A stretch of DNA of 64,000 nt from Trichoplax adhaerens (Eukaryota > Animalia > Placozoa). The DNA lies in the NCBI RefSeq assembly GCF_000150275.1, contig NW_002060943.1, forward strand, positions 3,189,264 to 3,253,263, read 5' to 3'. Positions within the stretch are counted from its first letter, which is position 1. The number at the start of each line of letters is the position of its first letter. A program made the position numbers and the translations under genes. Under the pieces are notes generated by a model. That model was not told the origin of the DNA. It saw nothing but the letters and a program-made list of their open reading frames with translations, and did no database searches. Shown here piece by piece: positions 1-13,000 of this stretch.

Positions 1-23
1 TTTGAATATTGTATTGCATTTAG

Positions 24-2604
24 AAATGGGAGAAAATATCGGAAGATTTTGCGTCTTTTAAGAAGTCAAAAGAAAGTGGCAGTATCGTAAAAGGCCAAAA
101 GTTAATGTCTCTGCTTATTATGCCTGTTCAACGTATTCCACGTTATAAACTCCTTTTAGAAGAATTATTAAATCTATCGCGTCCTGGTGATAAGGATTAC
201 TTAAAATTAAAACGTAGGTTTGAGCCTAAAGTCTTATTTCAGGATTTAAATTTATCATTAATGTACTATAAACTGGGATGAGAGATTATAATACCTAATG
301 ATTTTATTGCTAATTATGCAAATAACATAATAAGAGTCCTACGTTCTATTACATAGAATCAGTTGAAGATATAACTAAAGTTGTCGAGTTTGTTAATGAA
401 AAAATCCGCGAACATCAAGACTACGACAAAGTCATTATGATACAAAATAAGTTTAAAGGGAATTCAGCTCCGAATTTTGTAGCTCCAGGTTTGATACTAA
501 TAAGTGAAGATTAGTTTTAATTGATAATTTAGTTACTCACTCTTTCAGTCTTATATTGCAATTTCAATGGATAACAATATAGATGTTGATTGAGTAGCTG
601 CACATTCGCTAAATTTTAAATTGCATTATTCCTTGTGTTGAAAGTTAATGTTAATTTGTAAGTGTAACAGAAATATTTCACTGTTTATTATTTAAAGGCC
701 GAAAATTAATTAAAGAAGGGTCATTGTGGAAGGTACGATTTACTAATCCGATTCAAATTCTCAATAAATACGTAGCACGCCTGTCATTGCTTAGACTATT
801 AATTTATTATTATCTATTTAATTGGTAGCATTTAGATTGTTGACTTTTATAACTATTCAAACTAGACTAATTGTTGGAAAATATCCTTTTTGCAGGTCTG
901 CGGCAAAAAATCGAAGATTAGAATGTTTTTTCTGTTTTCTGATATCTTAGTCTATGCTAGACAAGCCTTTACATTTGGTGCTAATAATTCAATAAGGTAC
1001 CTGTGTCTTTTTTACTATTTATTTAAAAAGTAAATAGACGGCCCAGTTTGTAAGCTGTAAAAACCTACAGTACAGTTTAAATTTTTCAAAGATACGTAGA
1101 AATAACTTCGTTATAGTCTTCAATGTTAATTTTGTTTTTCTTGACATAAAATATTGCGTTTCCACTACAGAAATTATGAGTGTCGTGGAATTTTACCTCT
1201 TTCATATTGCTCGATTGTGGAAATATTTGGCGGTAGCGAGAACGCCGATGCTGGTGGCTTGGTTAAATTGACTTGCAAAGGAAAATCGTTTTTACTATAT
1301 TCAAATGATCGTCTAGAGATTCAAGGATGGAGTAAAGAATTGAAAAATGCGATTAGGTATATTTTGCAATGTATATAGGGTCAATGCATTGATAAGGATG
1401 CAATTACCATTATTTCTAACTTTTTTTGTATTTAATTACAGAAACGCACTTGAATCTCGACTGTCGTTAAAAAAGTTGATAGTAGATAGCGATGTGGTAA
1501 GAGTTAAGAAGAAGACTACCATCAGTTTACCCCCTAGAAGATTTAGTCTCAGAAGGAAGAGTCGCACTCCTAAAAGAATTAAGGAGGTAGATTATGCAAC
1601 TCGATGTGTTACCCTAATTATGGTCACTCCTAACATATTGACAATCCTTGCGTTGATGCGATCCATTGATAATTATAATTTTTAATTATATTCTTACAAA
1701 TAGTACTTATCAGAAAGCTGTATGGACAGCTTATATCCAATGCGAAAAGAACTGATTCCACATCATACACCTAAAGTTGCCAGATACAATAGAGAACGAT
1801 CAAAAAACTTGGAAACTCAGAAAAGTAATGTTAAATGCGATGCTAATGAAGCACTTTTGACACCAAGTAAAGCCGTTGAAGAGTAAGTTACTATCCAGTA
1901 ATTATTGAGTTGTCTATAAAATAGTAATATTTAGATTAACCGGAGAATTAGTTGCTGTCACTCAACTGAGATAGATGGGGAATATGACATGAAAAAGCTA
2001 CCGTATGTGCAGTATAACGAATAAGTATAATTAGTAATTTTATGTTATCCTCAGTAACGACGGGTTAGCCATTTATGCGATCATTTGTAATAAGTATGGG
2101 AAGAAAAAATTTTAAGTATGTTGGCTTTTGTATGGTGCGTCTTTGGTTAGGAGCACAGTGTACTGTATTTCGTGTCCATGCATGCTTAGGATTACGATTT
2201 CTGAACTGGCTGTACTGTATGGTGTAATTTAGTTGACGCTTTTCCTTACAGAATGTAGACATAGACTTTTTGAAATTTTCTAAGTAATGTAGGTCGTAAT
2301 AAAAATGACAGTTATCGTACTGGTTTGGATTATGTTCGTAAAGTACTTTTTAAGACATCAGTACTCCCAACCCTACCTTTTACTTCTGAATAACAGTATG
2401 TCATTGAAACACCTAAACAACTGCAGGAGCTCTACTAAACCATACAGCTTTTGTCAATACCTTGAATAAATTTGAACGTAGCCATCTAATGTTTTACTAA
2501 CATTTGGACATTGATTTTTTGCTAGGACATTGGAATTAACACATGATATGTCACTCTACGTACCGAAAAAGAAACCAGAAATAGCACAGTGTATCATTAT
2601 ATAA
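24..2604 (+). CDS. ARHGEF39: ARHGEF39-like Rho guanine nucleotide exchange factor (DH-PH), 3' part; 5' end lies outside the window. Exons approx. 24-213, 357-488, 698-732, 897-997, 1171-1356, 1442-1586, 1704-1882, 2526-2604
   Basis: Spliced translation gives the DH signature LLIMPVQRIPRYKLLLEELL and a PH domain (GRKLIKEGSLWKVCGKKSKIRMFFLFSDILVYA...ECRGILPLSYCSIVEIFG...GGLVKLTCKGKSFLLYSNDRLEIQGWSKELKNAI) resembling ARHGEF39 as I recall it. GT-AG junctions keep frame. The last exon is preceded by a TACTAAC branch site and a T-rich acceptor. Confidence 0.85.
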
Positions 2605-4078
2605 AATCTACTAGACTATCACGATTGCAAAGTGATAGACAGATATTATCATCTGCTGTATCTGTGAGATAAAATAATGAGATAGAAATATTCTGGCAAG
2701 GATAATATTTAATACTAAATTTTTTCTTCTAACTTCAGGCGTATTTAGTTTTAATATTTTGCAATAGTAGTAACATCAGTCGATTACATTATAATCGATT
2801 GTAAAGCAATAGCAGCATCTATTACAGACCACCAGACGGATTATAGTAATCGTGCGTCATATAATAGCACCCATATCTGTTCTATTGTATTTGAAATATT
2901 TTAAAACGCGAATGTACTAAGTTTCTATTTATTGTGTAAGTGCTATGAAAATGTAGCCACTTCGGATGATTCTGTCACATATTGTCAAGGGCTAATTTTG
3001 TTTAAGTCCAACTTAGTTCCTATTAAAAGTAGTTAATATGGCTACAAAGACAACTTTGTTATTAGGTCATAGTTATGGATGTAAATGCCTGATATGCATA
3101 GTTAACGGACTACGTATCAATAATTGATACTCGCATTTATCTAAATTATTAGATGATGCGCATAATATACATAACATAACGGTGGTATATTTAGTTAACA
3201 GATTGTACACACATCTTAATATGATTTCTTTACGTAATAATTTTATTTTGGGTTATCAAGATAACTGGTGTATTTTATCATGTAAATCTTAATGCAGCTG
3301 AGTGTGTGTTCATAATATGTTGATATTTGCACTGAAGTAATAATAAATCAGCTGCGAAATAAGAAATAGATAAATGGCTGCCACGCATAATAATACCTTA
3401 CGTCTATAATTTAATACAGTTGAGAACGGTCGTCAATTACATCGGCTTAGCCTAGTATCTATCTTTAAAATTCAGACCAGAAGCATGTTTGTATAGAAGA
3501 AGTTTCAGCAGTCTTCAAAATTTCTATAGATCTAGTCATTCATCGACAAAGTATTTACTTCGTAGAAGAGAATGCTACGAATTAAGAAAAGACTGCTGAT
3601 GTTTAGAACTACTGCAAGATTTTGTCTTATACTCACATTTAAGGAGTGATTAAAAATTGTTGATTGAATAAGGTGAATAAAATGGATATAAGAACAAGTA
3701 CAGTTAACGATGTAAGTTATCGCAAGATCATGAAGGCCTTGATACATTTGTAATTATGCTTATGGCGCGGGAATATTTTACAGTACCCGTAGTAGTAAAT
3801 CTGTATAAATATATTTCTCTTGTTGATATTATAAAATTCCATGGAATAACGGGATTAAAACGTAAACATGTCTTCTGTAAACATTATCATATAAACAATG
3901 TAGATGAGCTTTAACATCGTTAAAAATTATCTTATGATGATAGAAACATAAATAAATCTTAGTTATATTTTTAATAGGATATTTTGTTGAAAGACTTAAA
4001 AGACAATGGTAATAAAGGTGCAATTTTAAATCCCTACGAAAATATTAATAAATAGAGGATTATAGGTTCTTAATTGGC

Positions 4079-7000
4079 TTAGAGAGAATCGTTTGCTTTT
4101 TTCATTTTTAAACTATGGCGCCAGGATAATCCTCTCTTAAATTTAGGTTCATTTTCTCCTTTATCCATACTTGCACTTAGCTAAAACACGTATACAGCAG
4201 ATTTACAACAGTTTCGATTACCGTTAATTGAATCTTGTGATGATTAGAATAAAAATCGATGGTGCTGAAAAATTTTTTGCTTAAATACCTGATCAATTGA
4301 TAATTTGTTACCCTTGACAGCCATTAATGCTTCAAACTGTAAATGGAGTCTACCATAAGCCTGTAATAAATGATAACGTATACTATAAAGTAAATATGCA
4401 TAAGCAGAGGAAGGAGGATGTTACTATGATCTTAACATCCAACCGAGAGATTATTAATGTAAAACAGCTTACAATGTTATTATACCTGCAATCCATGGTT
4501 TGGAATTTTGAGTTTTTGAGCAAAGACAGCGGTGGTAAATTTGCTATCAAGAGCTAGTACAGCACCATTAATTCCTGTTTGCAGCAGGTTATATGCGTAT
4601 TTCTCGAGTCCAATATCGCAAACCCATTTTATTACACGAGCATTACTCCATATTAGTAATTCTATTATATTAGAAATAAAATATATCATTATAAATTCAT
4701 AATATCATTTCATCACGAATTCACCCGGTGATTTTAATAGTTATTTCTATGGTACCTTGGTCAGTATGCTGGTTTTCTTTATGCTTTTTTACCAGTTTCT
4801 ATAATTTGAAAATGAGAATAATTTAGTTCTCATAGTGAATCAACTGAGTATTAAGCGAAATTTGCATATGTCTTACCCTCCAATCGTATTTGTATTCTTT
4901 CAAGCAGAGTAACGCATATTGCAAGCTACGACTAAGAGTAATTAGTGTAGAAAATGAATTTTAGTTAAAGGGTCTTATGAAATTCTGATTATATGATACT
5001 TACTAGTGAAATGTATCCAGTACTTTTATATATGTTTTCCAATCTTTTCTACTTAGATGCTCCATCATGCGAGCATCAATTAAGCATCCTAGAAATTTTT
5101 CCTAATGGATAGTCATAGTATTGATAAATAATAAACGTTAATAATTAGGGTTAATTGATTCCCCAATACTAATCGAATAGCCCTAATTTCAGCTTAGATT
5201 TATTGCTACTAAAATCTGAAATTGTTTGTCCTGCGACATTAAGAGTATTGCTTATATCAAAACGAACTTTGTATTGTGTTAATCCAACATGGCTTAACCA
5301 TTCACTTGCAGTCCAATCGTAATTTAAGCTACCAAATGTTATGGACTGGATAGAAAAAATTTCAGAATAACAGATGAGAGAAATTGCAATTATAAAACTA
5401 GATATAGAGGTGGTTGTATATCCTTACCGTTGGTAGAAAGTTTGAACCAGGAGTCATAACCTTAACAATTTCATCTACGGCTAACATCAATTTCAATCTA
5501 TGCAGAGGGTGTGTAATTCCGACATCTTTCTTTAATCGATCTGAGGTCATTTCCTGATTTAAGTTAAGTAAAGATAGTGTCTTAAGAATTTTCTTATTGA
5601 AGATTAAAGCTAAAAGATTATAGTACAGTGTGTCGCCTGACATACGTTTAGATCAGCTCCAGACTGGACATGATTCTTACACATCGCTACAAACCAGGCT
5701 GGCAAACAAGCCCATAGCTGAATAAAATAATAAAATAGAATTTTAACCGTTAATAATGCATTGAGTTGAAGATGATGATAAGTAAATTAGGAAATTACCT
5801 CCAGCCAAGCGATAACAGTCAAAGCATCCCAATGATCAAACGGAACTCCTTGACTACGAACTTCCTGCAATAACTGAGATCTACAAGAAGAGAAAGAATA
5901 ACTATAATGGTTAAGTTACATTGCAAAAGTTGCAGCTTTAATTATTGAATAACGATCAATATGCGACATGATCAAATCACTGCACTCACTTTGTCTTGGC
6001 TTGTGTAGTACTTCCTTGGCTTTCAGATATAGTGCTCTGGCTATCCATTGAAATTTTACCATCTAGAAAATGAGCGTGTGTGTATTAGCATTTTGTACAT
6101 TCTTTATTTAGAAGTAATGAATCGATGAAGAATTTATAATTTAGGATCGATAAGAAAAAACAATTTTCAATTGTAATTTTACCGGTTGTTGAAGAAGAAT
6201 CGTCTTTGGGTTTAATTCCTAACAGTTTGCGGAAAGAATTTCGTAAACGATTCTGCCCATGTTTTATCGAAGATTTTCGATCGATAGAGTTGCTATGAGG
6301 AGACGATGTACTATTGCTTTCCGTATGATTTAATTTGTATTCTTTATCTTCGCTAATTTCAGATGATCCAGAAACGGTATACTCTCCAATGTCCACTTCA
6401 TCATCACGATTTAGCTTAGGTCTTGACGAATTGTTACTAAATAAGATAGTAGAAATAAACGACAGATTAGTAAAATGATACTTAAACTAACTTATAATTT
6501 ATCATAAAATTTACTTACTCTGAAATTGTAGTAGAAGCATTTGAAGCTTGGGAATCTCTTGAAGTAAATTGACTATTAGCTTTGCTGCCTAAATTTCCCT
6601 CTAGTCGCTGCAGGAAACTATCCTGTTTGTGCCACTCCGTGGAGACTTTTGGTGGAGAAGGTAAAGGAGAATCGGCTTTATCTGAACCATTATCAATTGA
6701 TGATGTAAAGTGTTCACACTAAATGATAGAAAAAGAAGAGGAAAAAATAAAGATCCAATTTTAGAACGTTCTATTCAGTTTAGAAGAATAAACTTAATGT
6801 TAGGTTATTGAACTATTCAGAATGTTCTATTCAATTCAGAGGAATAACTTGAGCATTCTATAATTATTCAGAATTCTCGACTCAGTTCAGAGGAATAACT
6901 GTAGCAAATGAGTAATTAACTATTTCCAATGTTTCGTTTGATTTAGAAGAATAACTTGAATAAATGATTGTTGAATTATTTAGAATGCCGCATTTAATTT

Positions 7001-10000
7001 AGAGAAATAACTTGAGTAAATGATTTACTATACAGGATGCTCCATTCAATTTAAAGGAATAATTTGCGTAAAGAATTGTTAATCAGTCCGATTGAGACAC
7101 CCAATTTAGAGGAATAATTTCGAATCAATAATTTTACTAGATTCCACCGTTAACATAAAAACTTACATTTTCACCCAGTTCGTTCATTGTTGGATATTGA
7201 AATTTAGATGGAAGTTGGTAATTTCTTGTTACCTAGGATAATCAAGCAATGAATAATTAATTGCTATTATTTGCTTTGCTCAAACAAATACATTAGTACC
7301 CTTTCTAGCTCCGTGGTTAATATTTCTGCTTCCCATAATAATTGATCATCGTTTCTTGCTAGAGGCATTTGTGTAGCAATTCTCTGCGATAGTGGCAAAT
7401 AGGAAGCTTTCTCGATTGTATACTGATCTTCACAGCGATTAGCTACTCTCTTCTGAAGTAATTTAACTCGATCTAATGTATCTTTCAGTTCTTGTTCCTG
7501 GCTTCTATATAGAAAAAACAAATTTGGATATACAAGAGTTATAAGATAACCTATAATCATCAACCCATCGAGAATAGAATCATGACGATTTAAACGTGTA
7601 ATTGAAAAAGCTTTCTTTCTCGTTATTATTAGCATACGTTAATTCATTTTCCTCCAAAGGCGAGGAACCAGAAGATCGATTCTCCATCTCCTTTGATTCA
7701 GGTGATTCAATTTTCAGGTTTAATAACTTGTTATTAATATTATTCTCCATTTTAGGGTTATTTTCCATAATGCTTTTTGCTGTGCCTAAGAAAATGAAGA
7801 CAATGATGGTGATTCATTTTAGCTCAGCTAAATTATTAAATTACAACTTGATTAAAAAAGAATTTGTTCTCTTATTCTACCTGTATCTTTGTCTGAAGTT
7901 GTCGATGAAGAACCTTCACTTGTTAATTTTCCACGTCCATTATGATCGTCAATTTTGCCAAAGCTTTTGCTCAATTCAGATGAACCAGTTATAGCTAGAC
8001 TACTGCTTAATAAGATATCATCATGGCTCATCGAATCTCTGCCATTGCTGCAAATTAAATAATATGGAATATCAATAAAACCTATACAGAAAAGAGCTTA
8101 AAATCCATAATTACAAGTTATAAATGAAATTAATACTAACGTTAAAGCGGTTGTCGACCTTGGCGATACTCGATCTTCAATATTAATATTAATAACCTGA
8201 AGAAAGAAAAAGAATATCATTTACTTTCATGAATCATGAGAATGATAGTATACATCTAGGGATTAATAATGACCTTTTCTTCTGCTGAAATAAGTTCACG
8301 TTTAGTGCGCTCAAGTTGTAGCTGCACCATTTTCTGTGCAAATAGAGGTCGAAGGCATAAGAAATACAAATTAAACTACCTACAACTATTTCATGTTAAT
8401 AATGAGAAACCTTTTCGTAGGTTCTTTCGTCTAGTAATTCTCGAACTCTTTGTAACTCTTGATTTAAACCATTCTAAAACAGATCAATCAGTAGCAATGA
8501 CTATTTGACTATTATTTGATATTAATGATGAAAATATGGCTAAATCGAATGCCACAACGATACAGAATGTCATTTTCTCCATCAAAATACCTTGGTTTCT
8601 AAAGCAGTCATTCTTTCCTCTAAATGGATTTGTAATCTCTGATTCGTTTCCGATAGCATTTTATCCAATGTGCGTGATAATCTCATATTATCATCTTCGC
8701 TTACTTTTTGCCTCTTACGTGCCTATCCAACAGATTGAAACGAATTATTACTTTTGCTTCAGTTTTGAATCGGAAAGGGACATGATGAGCTGTATTAGAT
8801 AAATTTCTATATCATTTTACCCTTAGTAATTCAGCTTCATGATCTTGTATTTTAGTTTCAAGATCTACAATTCGATTACGCATTGCTTTCTGATTCTCGT
8901 TAGCCTGTTCAAAATTAGAAAGATTGGAAATTATAGAGAGTAATGGCAATCTTCGCTTGTTGGACGTGATCTAAAGCTCGATTTATTTTACATACTTTGG
9001 ATAATTCTTTTAGCGTATCTTGAAGTTGATTTTCTAGATCAGGTATAATTTCTGCATTTTTAATAGTATCTTTTAATTCTTTCTCTTTTGCCATATATTT
9101 CTCTTTATATTCATGTAGTAATTCTTCCATCTACAGCAATTATTTTCATATAGATAGAGGGTAAATATGAGATAGAATAAGATGATAAGTGGAGCTTGTG
9201 AAATGCTCCAATTGACAAAGTACTGAACCTCTTTTTGCGATTCTTCTTTACATGTTAATTCATCGCTTAAAAATTGATTTGCGCTTGTAGTATTATCTAA
9301 ATCTCTTTGCGTTTCACAACATCGATCTTCTAGCGTTGTAATTCTAACTTCAAGATCCTCTTTTTGTGCAAAAGTCTGTAAGAATTGATTGTTAAGGATT
9401 AGTCCTGATATCTTTTACCATACGTATAGTCTAGATTAGACAGGTAGTTTGCTGAATTCAGTTACTATTCTACATCGATTTTGCATTGGAATAGCACTAA
9501 AATAACTATCAGATAATCTTTCTATGCAAAGCCTGTAAAGAATGGATTGGCAAGGATTGCTTGGCATTTCTGGCTATAAGTGTAGTATAGACTAATGGAG
9601 TAGTTTACCAAATTCAGTCACTATTCTATACCAAATTTTCGACTAGAATAGCACAGTAAGATTATTTTATTTTTCTGTGCAAAAGCTTGTAAGAACTGAT
9701 TAGAAAGGATTACTTCTGGCATTTTAATGGTAGCATAAGCTAGTCGGTTAGTCTATCTAGTTCAAGTATTATACTACACTGATTTCCCTCTAGAACAGAA
9801 CTAAAAACAACTATAAGATTATCTTTCTATGCAAAAAGTCTGCATAAATTCATGAGTAACGTTAAATCCTGGTCATTTTTACTGTAGCCACAGCCTAGTA
9901 AATTGCCTCATTCAAGTATTATTCAACAACGATTTTTAATTAGAATTGCAATAAAAACAGCTAGCAATCATTCTTATTCAAGCAAATTGAACCTCTTCCA

Positions 10001-13000
10001 ATTTCTGTTGTAGATCAATAATAACTTCATCAGTCTTAAATAATTCGCCTTGAGTAACAGTATTTTGCTGTTCACATGTCAGTAGTTTGGTTTTTAACAT
10101 GTCTCTTTCTTCTCGTACCTTTAATGATAGTAATAACACTTTTAGAAATATGAATGATTTCGAAGCATAACGGTGAATTAATTGGTCTTACCTCTTGTAA
10201 TTCATTTTTACATTTGTCGAGATCAAAATTTAAATCTAGATTAGCATAGCTAAGTCCAACATCCTAGTATAATACAAATAACAATTTACATGAAATCAAT
10301 GCCATGTTGGTCTAGGAATGGTATCAATTATTCCACAACTACCATGGAATTGGTTGAAAAAAAAGCAATCATGACTAACCCCGTTGGTTAATGAACTTGT
10401 TGAATTTAAGCCATTATCGGTATTAATTAACTTTTCAAAAGATTCTCCATTTCTTTTTGCAATTTCTTTTAGACATTTTCTGAGCTTCACAATTTCTTTC
10501 CTAGCTCGTAACAATTTCACGTCGGTTTGATTGGCTTTTTCTGTAGCTAATGCAAGCTTTTGATGCAGCTAGTAAAAAGGAATAGAGAGGCAAATTGGAT
10601 GATTTGTTTGGGTTGTTGGTGAAATGAAAAAGTAGAAATTGATTTACCTTCTCGTCCATGGTTTTATGATGTTGATAGAGGGTTTGTAATGCTTTCATAA
10701 TTTCAATTTCTGATGATACAGCTGGCGAATTAGAATGGCGCCGAACTACCGTATTTCGTAATGATTTTTCATGTCTAGAGACTAAATTCTCCAAATGTTC
10801 TAGCAGCATCTACATATAAAATTAATCGATATGAGAGAATGTGAAAACTAAAAATATTGCTTCTGTAAAGGGAATCCGCTGTCGTATCATATTAGCAAGG
10901 ATTGAATTTTAAAATTATATTTACACTCATATTCTGTCGTTCTGATCTTAAACTATCAATTTCATCGGAATATTGTCCAATTTTATCATTTGCTGTTACC
11001 AATTCTTGTGCTATGCAGGAAAATTTCTAATATTGGTTATAAAAATGAAATTGTTATAAAATTATTGTTGCCTGAAAATTTCTTCTACAGTAATTAAACT
11101 TGATCTAATGAATGAAAGATATGGATATACGCCAAGGAATCCTTAAAATCATCTATCTATAACGAGACTAATTTGGTTGATAGCGTAATGATAGATGTTG
11201 AATCAAAAATAGAACCAAGTTTATTTTATCGAATTATTTCTCGCACCTCGGCAATGAGTATTGATCCGTCATCTAGATCATCCATATTAGTATGGAGAAC
11301 ACCATGCAAGGCACCATCGATAATATCCAATTCTTGTTGTTTCTAAAAGAAAATATATGCATCATTAATTAATTTAGACCGTGCAGTCTATTCGCTAACA
11401 TGGAAAAGCACCTTTAATTGATCTACTGCTATGTAAATCATCTATGAATGGATATTACATTAATAAGACGATGCTTATCAAGGGTAGTTTTATAATATGG
11501 AAAAAGAGCATTTCTTAGCAAACTGCAGCTCGAATGATAGCTTCGTTCATGATCAGGTTAATTCCTTCCCTTTGCAGATACATACACAAATAATAATGTA
11601 ATGATTTTAACTGATTCTACTAATGGCCAATGTATTTGATGATGATGAATCGTATTACATTGGATCATTTAAATACAACTGGTGATAGCAAATGTATACT
11701 AATCTACTTTAGTCAATGTCAAATACAGCTGCTATGGTATGTAGATGAAAATAGATCGATGAGAAATTGAGAATAAAGTTGTCAAAATAGTCATGACGGA
11801 TTTTCTACGCAATGCAAATGGATCTACTTGAACAAAAATCTTAGATGAAAAGAGCTGCGATGATATTCAAATGAATATTCTACTTGATATCCTTTGAACT
11901 ATTTTAATGAATCTTGGGTAAAAATAGAACTGTCAAGATGTTCACAGTGGACATTCTACTCAATTTCCATTTGTCTACTTTAATCGATCTTGGGTGAAAA
12001 TAAAGCTGCCATGATATTGGCAGGGTACATTCTATTCGACCTCCATTTGTCTACTTTAAACTCACAAATCTTGCGTAAAAATAGAGTTGCAATAGTCTTC
12101 TCAGTAGCTTTTCTATGCCAGTTTTAATGGATCTTAAGCATAGGAGTATGCACCAGTAAGATATTATTCAACGATTACTTTGGCCATTTCAATTCATCTG
12201 AAATTAAAATAGAGCTGCCCTTGCTATTCGACAATTAACATAAATTGATCGACTAGAACATGGCAAAGATGGATCAAGAATTGCCATAATCTGGGCGATA
12301 GATATTGAAATTAAGGCACGATAGAATAAAAATCTGCATACCATAAAATTCATGCAGTTTTTCCAGAGGGTCAATTTGCTGCCATGATAAATAGCTTATT
12401 CTTATTCAATGACTTTTAATTTTAGCATTCAATGGATCAATTGGAGTTGATTAGACTGTAAGATCAAGTTCTGGTGGATACGGAGATACTTGTATAATTG
12501 AATGATAAGAAGATCAAATTTAAAGTAGCTTTGGCGTATGGCAAGAAACGATCAAGGGCTAGAATGCTGTTATATCGATATTCCATTGAATAGGCTACCA
12601 GTAATTTAATTGCATCATCCATAGAATAATAATCTTTCCTGTCTCTTTATACGATATTATGGATAAATGGATAATAATTTAACACTGGATATGGATGATT
12701 ATCGAGTAGAAGTAAGGAGAGAATTACGTCAACAGGATCTAGATCATTTCTATATCATTGTCGTTGAGATTACGTCATTTATCCTTGGTCAGAATAATAT
12801 CGCCATTAAAAATAAAATACAATACTGATTTTTCATCTCTAGGGTATAGTTTTGAAGAAATTCGATTTTCTCTATACTTAGTGAATAAGATAGAGACTTT
12901 GTCCCTACCCTAACTGATGTCATGATAGATACAACGTAGAATTTCTCATGTCTAGGTTATGGCTTTGAAGAAATTCAATTCTCTCTATGCTCTGTGAATA

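Noticed and set aside
881-889. Perfect U12 donor-like ATATCCTTT in the RhoGEF gene
   Set aside because: It lies in the pyrimidine tract of a normal GT-AG intron (733-896) just before the acceptor, so it is coincidental.
7602-7994. 130-aa hydrophobic plus-strand ORF (and similar antisense ORFs such as 46195-46596)
   Set aside because: Antisense shadows of real minus-strand exons of liprin-alpha and C2CD5.
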